Positions 8,446-17,457 of a DNA stretch of 64,000 bases are shown here, piece by piece (position 1 is the stretch's first letter; each line of letters opens with the position of its first letter). The stretch is taken from assembly GCA_049322215.1 (NCBI GenBank), contig JBMORU010000001.1:260023-324022 (forward strand), read 5' to 3'. Origin of the DNA: Patescibacteria group bacterium. Its GTDB lineage: Bacteria > Patescibacteriota > WWE3 > UBA101185 > UBA10185. Below the pieces are notes generated by a model that ran no database searches, was not told where the DNA came from, and was given only the letters and a program-made list of their open reading frames with translations. A program made the translations under genes and the position numbers.

Positions 8446-9523
8446 TTTCTTCACCTCCGTCGTCAGGGAATGCACCGACTTCTTCAACTTCTATGTGTCT
8501 AGCTTTGTCGGCAGTATCTCCTTCTGTTGCTTGATTCAATCCCAGCATGTTTCCAATAGGTGTGTTGATAAGGAACTTTGCTGCCAGCGCGGTTATAAGG
8601 CCACCATTCTCTACCATCCATACTGCTGCTGCTGTTTCCGGTGAAAATCCTGCACCTTTCGCAATTTCTCCGATGGCTTCACCTTTCTCACGCATAGCAT
8701 GTTTAGCAGGCGTTCCAGTGTCTTTGTCGTCTACACGCTGGATGGTAAATATGAAGCTTTTTGGATCAATGCCTGTTTCCGTAATGACCTTTCTATTTAA
8801 ACCATATCGGAATGGTGACTGTGCCTTCTTACGAAGTTGTTGTTCTCCGGTTTCAAGGCTTTCCTCACCAAGTACTATGGCAATAAAGTCATCGATAAAG
8901 GGTCCTATGAAGGAAATAAACCCTTTGTCATTGCCAATTTGCTCATATTTATCCTTATCGTCTGGATTTGTGCTTAGGGTCCAACCAATACGCCAAGTCA
9001 CCTTGTCGTATTCAACACGGGATTTAGTCTTAGGTTCAACAGTTGTTCCCGAATACGAGCGTATGGCCTCCCGACTGATAAAGAATCCACGCAGAAAATA
9101 ACCGGGTACTAAGCTCAGAAAAACAACAATAACTAGGAACAACCAGGGAAGACCATCAAATATCCCAGGGGAATTTGCGGCTTCTGTTTGTGTTTCTTCT
9201 GCTGTTTCTTGCGCTATGGGTAATGCATCTGTGCGTACGTAGCGTACGGGAGCGTTTCCACTGCCATCATCGCTAGGACGCCCACGAAGCTCAACGCGTT
9301 GTACGCCTTGCACTTCGTTCCATGCATTGTCCGCCCATGGGTTATCGTTTTCTTTCACCACATCCGTTGGTTGGGCCTGGTTAAAGGCACTATTTGGATC
9401 GTGGTACAGATTTGTTCCTGTAGGTATCTCTTGGCCACCACCGCATGCTACAAGCAATGCGATTAGTAAGGCCAAGAGAATACCCTTGAATATTTTGTTT
9501 GCCAAAGGCATTCTCTTGTTCAT
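8435..9523 (-). CDS. Lipoprotein with internal TM and possible degenerate SPFH-like domain
   Basis: LLVACGGG lipobox; TM at about aa 125-147; TAAGGAG SD; the domain call is tentative. Confidence 0.65.
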   Translation of the reverse strand: MNKRMPLANKIFKGILLALLIALLVACGGGQEIPTGTNLYHDPNSAFNQAQPTDVVKENDNPWADNAWNEVQGVQRVELRGRPSDDGSGNAPVRYVRTDALPIAQETAEETQTEAANSPGIFDGLPWLFLVIVVFLSLVPGYFLRGFFISREAIRSYSGTTVEPKTKSRVEYDKVTWRIGWTLSTNPDDKDKYEQIGNDKGFISFIGPFIDDFIAIVLGEESLETGEQQLRKKAQSPFRYGLNRKVITETGIDPKSFIFTIQRVDDKDTGTPAKHAMREKGEAIGEIAKGAGFSPETAAAVWMVENGGLITALAAKFLINTPIGNMLGLNQATEGDTADKARHIEVEEVGAFPDDGGEENDE

Positions 9524-9538
9524 TGTCTTACTCCTTAT

Positions 9539-10330
9539 TTATTCTTCGTCGTTTTCGCGCATGGCATAGGCTACAATTACCGCTACAAACAACACGCCAA
9601 TCCCCAGGATGTAGGTGTTGATCGTAGACAGTGACGTTGCCAAATCAGCCAAAACACGGCCAACAGCTACGCTGTAAACGAATTGTGGTATAGCCATACC
9701 CGCTTTCATCAAAATGGCCATGAGCGGGGCTGCTAGTACCAAAATGCCCAGGGCAAGCAGACTGATGTCTTTTGCCACTTCCAGGGCTGTTCGTACTTTT
9801 TCTTCAATCTTCGGTGAAAGCATTTTTCCAAAAACTACTACGCCTGCAATCACCAGAAGAGGCAGACCTTGCGCAATAAAGTTAGCGGTGCCGATACTAC
9901 GAGCATAAAACACTGACACCACTACCAGTAATCCGGCAAGCCACAACCACAGGTATTTAAACTGAAAAGCATCTCCTGACCGACCCAGCGCAGAACTGAA
10001 AAGACCTGCAATGAAGGCTCGGTTAAAGTATGCAACGATTAGTGCTAACAGCACAAAGAACCACAGTGAAGTGATCCCGTCTGCAGCGCCTGATACCTGG
10101 TTGATGCCGTTGACCGCGTCTGTAGTAAGGTCGCTAAGGCCGTCAATGGTTGTCAGTTTTTGGCCAATTTCGGTCTCGCGAATGGCTGTTCCACCGCGTG
10201 CGATGGTTAAGAGCCATGAGGGTGCTCCCCAACGTTCTAGTGCGGGGGAAGCCACTGACAAAATCACCAGTACAACAAATGCCCCAAACAGTAGTTTGAG
10301 CACAGTCTTGAGTGAAAAAATCTTTGACAT
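9539..10330 (-). CDS. Polytopic membrane protein, first gene of the locus
   Basis: 263 aa, ~6 TM, TAAGGAG SD. Confidence 0.8.
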   Translation of the reverse strand: MSKIFSLKTVLKLLFGAFVVLVILSVASPALERWGAPSWLLTIARGGTAIRETEIGQKLTTIDGLSDLTTDAVNGINQVSGAADGITSLWFFVLLALIVAYFNRAFIAGLFSSALGRSGDAFQFKYLWLWLAGLLVVVSVFYARSIGTANFIAQGLPLLVIAGVVVFGKMLSPKIEEKVRTALEVAKDISLLALGILVLAAPLMAILMKAGMAIPQFVYSVAVGRVLADLATSLSTINTYILGIGVLFVAVIVAYAMRENDEE

Positions 10331-10397
10331 TTACTTACTCCTTATTATTTTGAGTTTTATTTCGTGACTAACAAATTGTCAACTTGCAATAAGTTGC

Positions 10398-10426
10398 AAA
10401 AAAAGCAACACGTATTCCGTCTTGCT
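10398..10426 (-). terminator. Terminator-like hairpin in the 5' leader (possible attenuator)
   Basis: Minus strand AGCAAGACG-GAATA-CGTGTTGCT followed by a U tract. Confidence 0.45.
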
Positions 10427-10496
10427 CACACAACTTATTTCAATTATCAGTTTAGAGCCAAACCACAAGGGTTTTTTGTGGATCCAAACTTCTTTT

Positions 10497-10526
10497 ATTA
10501 TACACTATAGGCTACACTTTTGTCCA
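10497..10526 (-). promoter_or_regulatory. Sigma70-type promoter of the left locus
   Basis: TGGACA-N18-TATAAT on minus strand. Confidence 0.55.
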
Positions 10527-10647
10527 TCCTTATAGTGTTTTTTCATTTTAACACTATTCGTAAGTAAAATGAAATTTAAAAAGTCTCTATATCCTATAAC
10601 AACAGCAATTTATCACTATTGGTTATTTTCCCTTTAAATCTTAGGGT

Positions 10648-10676
10648 AAAAAAAAAGCCCTCAAAGGGCTTTCTCA
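10648..10676 (-). terminator. Intrinsic terminator of rplY
   Basis: AAAGCCC/GGGCTTT stem with long U tract on minus strand. Confidence 0.75.
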
Positions 10677-10687
10677 TTTTTTAAAAG

Positions 10688-11362
10688 TTATGCTTCTTTA
10701 TCTTTGTTTTTATTATCTGCGCCTTCTTCTTCATCCTCTTCTTCTGTTGCTTCTACACTTGCTATTAATTCTTCTTCACTTACTTCATCTCCAGCCTCTT
10801 CTTGCATTTCTGCATAAGCTATTTTTACTACTAAATCATCATCTTCATTATCAACAATTGTTATTTTACTCTTATCGTAATTTAATTCTCCTACGGTAAT
10901 AAATGCATCTACTTCTGTTAAGCCAGATACGTCTACTTCAAAAGCTGAAGGTAAGTCTGCAGGTAAAGCTTCTACTGCAACAGTGTTTAAAAGTGTAAGT
11001 AACATACCCTCACCTGTTTTAATAATTGGCGATTTTTCTTCACCAATTACTTCTACGGGTATATCAGCAGTAATTTTTTCTGTTAAGTCCACTTTATGAA
11101 AATTTACGTGAATTATTTTTCCTGATACAGGATGATATTGAACCTCTGATATTAGTACTTTTTGATTATCGTTTTCCCATTTTAAGTCTATAAGTGAGGT
11201 TTCGCCTGCTTTTTTAAATACTCTTACAAAATCAACGTAATCAATTGATATTGGCATTGAATCCATGCTTTTTCCAAATACCACAGCTGGCACTATTCTT
11301 TCGCGCCTTAGTTGTTTTGTTTTTTTACCTAATTTTTCTCTTTTTTGTACAGCAATTTGCAT
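10688..11362 (-). CDS. rplY: 50S ribosomal protein L25 (Ctc form)
   Basis: LRRERIVPAVVFG, VQYHPVSGKIIHVNF, acidic tail. Confidence 0.95.
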   Translation of the reverse strand: MQIAVQKREKLGKKTKQLRRERIVPAVVFGKSMDSMPISIDYVDFVRVFKKAGETSLIDLKWENDNQKVLISEVQYHPVSGKIIHVNFHKVDLTEKITADIPVEVIGEEKSPIIKTGEGMLLTLLNTVAVEALPADLPSAFEVDVSGLTEVDAFITVGELNYDKSKITIVDNEDDDLVVKIAYAEMQEEAGDEVSEEELIASVEATEEEDEEEGADNKNKDKEA

Positions 11363-11661
11363 ATAGATTTCTTTTTAAGCTTTTGGTGTATATCCAAAAG
11401 TTCGTTATAACTAATACTTTTAATGCCTAAAAACTTTTTTACTTCTTCCCCGGTTAAGTCCGATATTATGGGCATAGCACCGCTTCCCGAAAGGGTTATG
11501 GTTACCATGCTTTCTGCCTGGCATTTTGGGCAAATAACATGTGCTATTAATGCAACATGTACATGACTTATTGGAACAAGTTCTCCACCTTCTAAGCTGT
11601 TCCCACATCTGTAGCAAGTTGTTTTAGCTAACTGTTCATTTATGATTCGTTTTTCTATCAT
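11329..11661 (-). CDS. Small zinc-ribbon protein
   Basis: CYRC and CPKC pairs; overlaps the rplY start. Confidence 0.7.
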   Translation of the reverse strand: MIEKRIINEQLAKTTCYRCGNSLEGGELVPISHVHVALIAHVICPKCQAESMVTITLSGSGAMPIISDLTGEEVKKFLGIKSISYNELLDIHQKLKKKSICKLLYKKEKN

Positions 11662-11677
11662 AATTTCGCCCAGTGGG

Positions 11678-11715
11678 ACGGTCTAGATTCTACTTTAGAC
11701 CGTAGTTAAAGTCAA
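11678..11715 (-). promoter_or_regulatory. Promoter with operator-like inverted repeat
   Basis: TTGACT-N17-TAGAAT; ACGGTCTA-N10-TAGACCGT brackets the -10 box. Confidence 0.6.
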
Positions 11716-11732
11716 CTAAGGCAGATAATACA

Positions 11733-14700
11733 TTATTTTAATTTAATTGCAAATTCTTGATCTGTGTTTAGTGTTCCTTTATATTCAACCCTTCCTTCGT
11801 ATGTTTCTGCAGGAGGTTGTGTAAAATCTATATTTAACCCAAAGGGAGAGTTAAATAGTACATTGTAGCTGTAGTCTTGCGTTCCCGGTTGTTTTTGCCA
11901 GTATAGTTTGTAGTCTTTAAACTCTTTTGATAAAGATAAAGATTCTGGCAAATCATATTTAAGAACTAAAGTTACTTTTTCTTGCGGATTTACTGTGAAG
12001 TTGGTTCCAAATGAAGTATATTCACCTGCTTGTTCTATAGTTATTTCCTCAATTAGATCTTTCTCAAAGTTATCGTTTCTTTTTAATTCAGCACCTGTTA
12101 ATTTTGTACCCTTTTGAGTTAATACTCTTACATAATCTGTGTAAGGTCCTCCAGGCCAAGCACTTGAATCTCCAGTGTGTATATAATCAAGATATAATTC
12201 TGCTCTTAATACGCCATCTCGTGTTTCTGACAAAATGTTGTAGTACATTTCATTTTTAACATAATAGTTTGCTTTAGTTCCACCTAAATTGGCGTTTACT
12301 ACATATAAATAGTCGCCTGTAGTTTTTGCTAACTCTCCTGTCCAACCATTTTCCTGTAGTTTTGCGTTAAAAGATGTATTTGGTAAGTACACCATGAAGT
12401 GCTTTTCTTCCATTGCGGTTGTTAATGTTGTAACAAGCTGGGGTAATTTTTCGCTTTCCAGGGCAATCATTTTTTCTAAAAGTTTACTTCCTAATATTGT
12501 TAAAAACGATTTCTTTTGTGTGGATCCCTCCTCATAGTTGAATTCGCTATGATATTGGGTTACTTCATACATATTTTCAGCGTTAACCTCCTGATTGTAT
12601 GCGGTTAAAAATACGGGTCCTGTGACGCTTAATAACTCTTGTGCAAAATATAAATCTATTGCTAATACGCCATCAAATTGGCTTTCATCTACTTTGAAAA
12701 ATAGATCCTCTATAGTTTTTGCAGATTCAGGGAAACTTGGATTCCAGTTAGCATTTCTTATGTGAAGATTTTCCTCTTTTAATAAGTCTACTATTGGTTT
12801 AGGTGCTGGAACTTCTATACTTCTGATGTCTATTTGTCCATCTGGATTATATATGTCGTCTATTGCTAGTTTTGCTATTTTCCCTTTTTCTAGTTCTAAT
12901 ACTGCATAAGACCCTATAAACCCTCCGGTAGGTCTTAGCTCATTACTATTTTGTAATAAAATTAGGTACCTTTTTTTGCTTTCGGCTCCAAGTATTTGGG
13001 GTAAATCTGATGTTAACGTTGCAGCAATGTCTAAACCTTTTTCCATTTTGGCAATAGCCGCATCATAAGATATAACTTCGTCTTTTATGTTTGAGGGTAA
13101 ATTATTAAGATTAGTTTGTTTTAAGTCGCCAATTGCAAACTGCAAACTTTCACGTGCACTTGATAATTGCAATTTGGCTTCAGCTAATTGCTGAGCATCA
13201 AATTCTGTCTCAGTGTTGCTTTCTATTGCGCCCCATACTTTAAAAAATGGGTTTGAAGCTTTAGCTGTACTATGTATAGCTCTTGAAAAATGTTTTCCTG
13301 AATCAATTACTTTTTGAGTTGCTTCGTACTGTTCTCTTTTTCCTACAATAGTGAACACCCAACGTAGTTTAGACAGGGCACCTTGAGTTTTTGATAATTC
13401 CTCATAGGCTATATTAGCTGAATTTACAGCTTCTTCTGAATTTAAATTACTTAAGCTTTTTACATAGTTAACTAGCTCAGTTCTAGCATTTTGTGCATGA
13501 GTATAGGTTTGCACTGAGGGTACTGCAATACTAACAATTAAAAACGCTATAAATATTCCCAAAATCATTAAAAACACGTTTTTATTTAAACTTTTTATAG
13601 AGAGTTTAGATAATTTGGTTGAAACTTTTGTATTGTTTTGCTGTACCTCGGCATTAAAAGGAAGTAGCCCTGGTGTATTTTCAGTTGTTTCCTGTGCTGT
13701 TGGGGGAGGTGCTACGCTAAAAATATCTTGCTCATTCTTTGTGGTTTCTTCTGATAAAGATGATAAAGTTTCAGTTGTTTCGCTTTTTACATCTGCCAAG
13801 CTAAATTGAGTTTCCTGTTCTCTTTTTTTCAACTCTACTTTTGGTGTTTCCGATTGAATTTGAGAACTTTTATCTCTGGAAAACTTTTCTTTTATTTTTG
13901 TGAAGGCACCTTTGTTATCATTTATTGATTTTGTTACGGCGATGTTTTCTTGAGCTATAGAAAGTACTTGCTGTGGTTCGTGCTGCGTATTTTTTCTTTC
14001 TACTATTTTAGATAGTTTAAAACTATTTGTGTTTATTTCATAACCAAACCACTTAAGTGTTTTTATTATTCCTTCTTTATAAGAAATTTTTGGATACCAG
14101 CCCAGGTGTTGCAATCCTTCGCGCTCACTTACATTTGAATCTTTGGGTTTTATAGGATCTTCCTTATCTTCAAAACTAACTTTTAGTTCTCTGTCGGCTA
14201 GTCCTTTTAACAAGTATGCTGTTTCAATAACTGTATGGGGTTCTTTATCTACCAGTGAGTATATTTTTCCTTTTGTATCATCATTAAAAAGTGCTTTAGC
14301 TATACCGGCAACTGCATCAGTTATGTACAAGTAATACTCTCTATCATTGCCTTCTCCATAAACAGTTAGGTCTTGATTTTCTAGCAAAGCTTTCATTAAA
14401 CGACCTAAATCTCCTGTGGAATTTAAATTCATGCGTGGTCCAAACACCTCTGGAAGTCTTACTATGCGTACATCTGTTTGGTACTTTTTGTAATATTCCC
14501 AAACTAAGGCTTCTGCAAATCTTTTAGCTTCGGTTAAAGAGTACTTTTTTTCTTCCTTTGGCGTCTTTCCAAAATAATTGTCTAAATCAATTGATGACAT
14601 TAATCCTTGGTACACATTTGTAGATGATCCAAGCAAAAATTTTGCATCTGAGGTTCTTGCTAGGTCTAACAATGCCTTTGTACCCACAGCATTAGTTAGT

Positions 14701-15014
14701 AAAGATTCTAAATCGGCATTGTCTGTGTTAGATAAATAAGTTTCTATACCTGCCAAGTGAACAATGTAATCTACACTTTGAATTCTTTCAGGCAAACCTT
14801 GATTTATATCTACATCGAAAACAGCAAATTTTGGGTTTTTTAAGAGGGAACTTATATAAACGTCTTTTCCGGTTGTGAAGTTGTCTAAAACAACTACCCG
14901 AGCATCTTTAAGTAGCAAAAATTCTGCTAAATGAGAGCCTAAAAAGCCTGCTCCTCCAGCTATAAGGGCAGTGGGTGCGTTAGGTGTCTTTTTGATCACA
15001 TTTTCTTTAGGCAT
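11733..15014 (-). CDS. NAD-dependent epimerase/dehydratase-like domain fused to DUF4012 domain
   Basis: GGAGFLG Rossmann motif; TM; LLQNSNELRPTGGFIGS, RNANWNPSFP, NANLGGTKAN and QKQPGT motifs of DUF4012 proteins; start may be GTG 15044. Confidence 0.8.
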   Translation of the reverse strand: MPKENVIKKTPNAPTALIAGGAGFLGSHLAEFLLLKDARVVVLDNFTTGKDVYISSLLKNPKFAVFDVDINQGLPERIQSVDYIVHLAGIETYLSNTDNADLESLLTNAVGTKALLDLARTSDAKFLLGSSTNVYQGLMSSIDLDNYFGKTPKEEKKYSLTEAKRFAEALVWEYYKKYQTDVRIVRLPEVFGPRMNLNSTGDLGRLMKALLENQDLTVYGEGNDREYYLYITDAVAGIAKALFNDDTKGKIYSLVDKEPHTVIETAYLLKGLADRELKVSFEDKEDPIKPKDSNVSEREGLQHLGWYPKISYKEGIIKTLKWFGYEINTNSFKLSKIVERKNTQHEPQQVLSIAQENIAVTKSINDNKGAFTKIKEKFSRDKSSQIQSETPKVELKKREQETQFSLADVKSETTETLSSLSEETTKNEQDIFSVAPPPTAQETTENTPGLLPFNAEVQQNNTKVSTKLSKLSIKSLNKNVFLMILGIFIAFLIVSIAVPSVQTYTHAQNARTELVNYVKSLSNLNSEEAVNSANIAYEELSKTQGALSKLRWVFTIVGKREQYEATQKVIDSGKHFSRAIHSTAKASNPFFKVWGAIESNTETEFDAQQLAEAKLQLSSARESLQFAIGDLKQTNLNNLPSNIKDEVISYDAAIAKMEKGLDIAATLTSDLPQILGAESKKRYLILLQNSNELRPTGGFIGSYAVLELEKGKIAKLAIDDIYNPDGQIDIRSIEVPAPKPIVDLLKEENLHIRNANWNPSFPESAKTIEDLFFKVDESQFDGVLAIDLYFAQELLSVTGPVFLTAYNQEVNAENMYEVTQYHSEFNYEEGSTQKKSFLTILGSKLLEKMIALESEKLPQLVTTLTTAMEEKHFMVYLPNTSFNAKLQENGWTGELAKTTGDYLYVVNANLGGTKANYYVKNEMYYNILSETRDGVLRAELYLDYIHTGDSSAWPGGPYTDYVRVLTQKGTKLTGAELKRNDNFEKDLIEEITIEQAGEYTSFGTNFTVNPQEKVTLVLKYDLPESLSLSKEFKDYKLYWQKQPGTQDYSYNVLFNSPFGLNIDFTQPPAETYEGRVEYKGTLNTDQEFAIKLK

Positions 15015-15139
15015 AGGCAGCTTTTTTGTTGTGCTTGTACGCACTTACTCACTATTTAGTATATGGTTTTTATACTTCTATAACAAGGATAAAAAGGAGA
15101 AATTATAATAAATTACAGTTTTTAAGTTATAATCCCGTC

Positions 15140-15748
15140 ATGGAACTAAAAGATATAATCGAACTTTTAAAGAAAAACCGAGAGTTTCTTATTACAGTTT
15201 GCCTTTTTTTTATGTTTGTTGGGGTAGGTCTTTATTTTGCTTTACCAAAACGTTATACGGCTTCAGGGTCTTTTTATATTAAGCGCTTTGTTTATGAGTC
15301 GTCGCCTGAATTTTTTACTTATGAGGGATATTATGGGCAACAAGCTGCGTCATCTTATACAGATACAGTGATTGCACTGTTTGAAAGCGTAGATTTACAA
15401 AAAGCAGTTTTAGAAAAGCTAAATTTACAGACAACTGATGCTGAGTTACGTTCAATCAAAAGACGCATTAGAGTAAAAAAGGCTGGCCCACAACTGATAA
15501 CAGTGACTGTCAAAGGATCTACACAAAGTTTTGCAAACGATGTATGGAACGCCTTAGCTGAAGAAACACTTGCAGTTGTCGAAAACGTTAATGCAGAGGG
15601 AGATACAACCCTTTCAATTGAGAAATTATCAAGTGAGCCTGTTTTGCAACAAACTTACTCAAACGTTTTTATAAATGCCTTTATTGGACTTTCACTAGGG
15701 TTTATTATGTCTGTTGTTTGGTTATCATTTAAGGAATATTTAAATTAG
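15140..15748 (+). CDS. Wzz/YveK-like polysaccharide chain-length protein
   Basis: Two terminal TMs, PKRYTASGSF; TATAAT 6 nt before ATG 15140. Confidence 0.7.
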   Translation: MELKDIIELLKKNREFLITVCLFFMFVGVGLYFALPKRYTASGSFYIKRFVYESSPEFFTYEGYYGQQAASSYTDTVIALFESVDLQKAVLEKLNLQTTDAELRSIKRRIRVKKAGPQLITVTVKGSTQSFANDVWNALAEETLAVVENVNAEGDTTLSIEKLSSEPVLQQTYSNVFINAFIGLSLGFIMSVVWLSFKEYLN

Positions 15749-15757
15749 AGGAAGTTT

Positions 15758-16156
15758 ATGGAGTTAATATTGCATACTGATGGCGGTGCTCGAGGAAATC
15801 CAGGTCCTGCAGCTGCAGGAGTAGTTATAAGAAATAACAACAACGAGATTATAAAAGAACTAGGAAAGTTTTTGGGCACTAAAACAAATAATGAGGCTGA
15901 GTATATTGCTTTGTATTTAGGTTTAGCATCGTGTATTGCTTTAGGTGGTGCAAGTATTTCTTGTTTTTTAGATAGTGAGCTTATTGTTAAACAGTTAAAA
16001 GGGGAATACAAAGTTAAAAGCCCCGGTTTGAAGCCTTATTATGAGAAAGTGTTAGATTTAAGTAAAAAGTTTTCTAAAATTTCATATACTCACGTTCCAC
16101 GTGCAAAAAATGCTGAAGCAGATAAACTAGTAAACGAAGTGTTAGACGCTCAGTAA
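15758..16156 (+). CDS. rnhA: Ribonuclease HI
   Basis: TDGGARGNPGPA, TNNEAEY, DSELIVKQ, HVPRAKNAEAD. Confidence 0.93.
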   Translation: MELILHTDGGARGNPGPAAAGVVIRNNNNEIIKELGKFLGTKTNNEAEYIALYLGLASCIALGGASISCFLDSELIVKQLKGEYKVKSPGLKPYYEKVLDLSKKFSKISYTHVPRAKNAEADKLVNEVLDAQ

Positions 16157-16159
16157 CAA

Positions 16160-17077
16160 ATGTCTGCAAAAAAATTTAGTAAAAATACAAAAACAAAAAA
16201 GTTTTTTAAATCCAAATCTAGTTCGTACGCAAATTGGGTTAAGGATTCTAGTATAGGTAAAACCTTATCTTACAGATCAATTTTTAAGTATCCTTTAAGT
16301 TTTTACCAGCTTTCAACTACTTTAATATCTTCTGAAAAGGTCACATATAAGAAGCTAAAGAAAGAACTAGATGAAGCGGTTTCTAAAAACAAGGTGCGTT
16401 TTAAAGATGGTCTTTATTATTTACCAAATACCGGTGTGGTTAGTTGGGAAACAAGGGCAAAAAACGCTGAGAAATTACTTAAAAATGTAGAACCCGCTTT
16501 TAAGGCTATTGAGAAAATCCCTTGGATAAAGCTTTTAGCTGTTACTGGCTCTGTTGCGGCTTATAATGCTACCGAGCAAGACGATATAGATGTTTTTATA
16601 GTTACAAAAAAAAATAGATTATGGCTCTCTCGCTTTTTTGTAGTTTTATTGCTTAAGGCTTTTGATATGTATCGAACAGATAAAGCACCTGCAGGAAAAG
16701 TTTGTCCAAATATTTTTATTGACGATTTAAACTTAAAATGGAAGGAAAAGGGCAGAAACCTTTATGTGGCACATGAAATAATTTTAATGCGTCCCATTAT
16801 TGATAGAGATAATACATACTTTAAATTTATGAGGGCAAATTCTTGGGTTATGGAACACTTTGGAAACTTTTCTATAAGTATACCCACAAGGTTTACCAGT
16901 TCCAAAGACACTACCAGTGGAACCTTAAATTTACTCGAAGACTTTTTGCGCAAATTTCAGCTTTGGTATATGAAGTCTTCTCAAACAAATGAAGTAACTA
17001 CAAAACACATGATTCATTTTAATAAAAATGACAATACTGATATGGTTCTTACCACTTACAACAAAATATTAGACTAA
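16160..17077 (+). CDS. Nucleotidyltransferase-fold protein
   Basis: AVTGSVA...DDIDVFIV (GS plus DxD). Confidence 0.65.
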   Translation: MSAKKFSKNTKTKKFFKSKSSSYANWVKDSSIGKTLSYRSIFKYPLSFYQLSTTLISSEKVTYKKLKKELDEAVSKNKVRFKDGLYYLPNTGVVSWETRAKNAEKLLKNVEPAFKAIEKIPWIKLLAVTGSVAAYNATEQDDIDVFIVTKKNRLWLSRFFVVLLLKAFDMYRTDKAPAGKVCPNIFIDDLNLKWKEKGRNLYVAHEIILMRPIIDRDNTYFKFMRANSWVMEHFGNFSISIPTRFTSSKDTTSGTLNLLEDFLRKFQLWYMKSSQTNEVTTKHMIHFNKNDNTDMVLTTYNKILD

Positions 17078-17080
17078 CAA

Positions 17081-17105
17081 GAAATCTCCCGTAAAGGGAG
17101 ATCTC
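17081..17105. terminator. Hairpin between convergent genes
   Basis: ATCTCCC-GTAAA-GGGAGAT. Confidence 0.5.
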
Positions 17106-17184
17106 AATAAATCCAAGTAAATGGACAGTTTATATTTTATGAATTAGCTCTGTTCTAACTACTAAACGTTTTTACCTTAACTCA

Positions 17185-17388
17185 TTATCTCATCATAAGA
17201 TCTGAGTCGTCTTCCAACATCATTACGTCTTTTTCAGCCATTGCGGGTACTTTAATAGTAACGTTTTGATTTAAGGAAATACTGTAGGCAGTTAATGCCA
17301 AGTTAGCTATGACTAAAGCCATAGTTGCTAGCGTTAGAATAAACTCTAAGTTCATATCATTTGATGTGTTTGAGTTTTTCTTAGACAT
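17185..17388 (-). CDS. Small single-TM protein
   Basis: The listed peptide reads on the minus strand (CAT at 17386-17388, TTA at 17185-17187); the + label in the track is wrong. Confidence 0.6.
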   Translation of the reverse strand: MSKKNSNTSNDMNLEFILTLATMALVIANLALTAYSISLNQNVTIKVPAMAEKDVMMLEDDSDLMMR

Positions 17389-17457
17389 TACAAAAAGTAT
17401 GCACTAATTTAATATTTTGTACAAGAGAAATACGTAACTTTTGCTAAAATAGTATGA

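Noticed and set aside
304-10367. Numerous + strand ORFs in the left locus
   Set aside because: Antisense shadows of the minus-strand genes; no SD and no motifs
17185-17388. ORF track lists this peptide on the + strand
   Set aside because: The peptide is encoded on the minus strand (CAT at 17386-17388); annotated as minus
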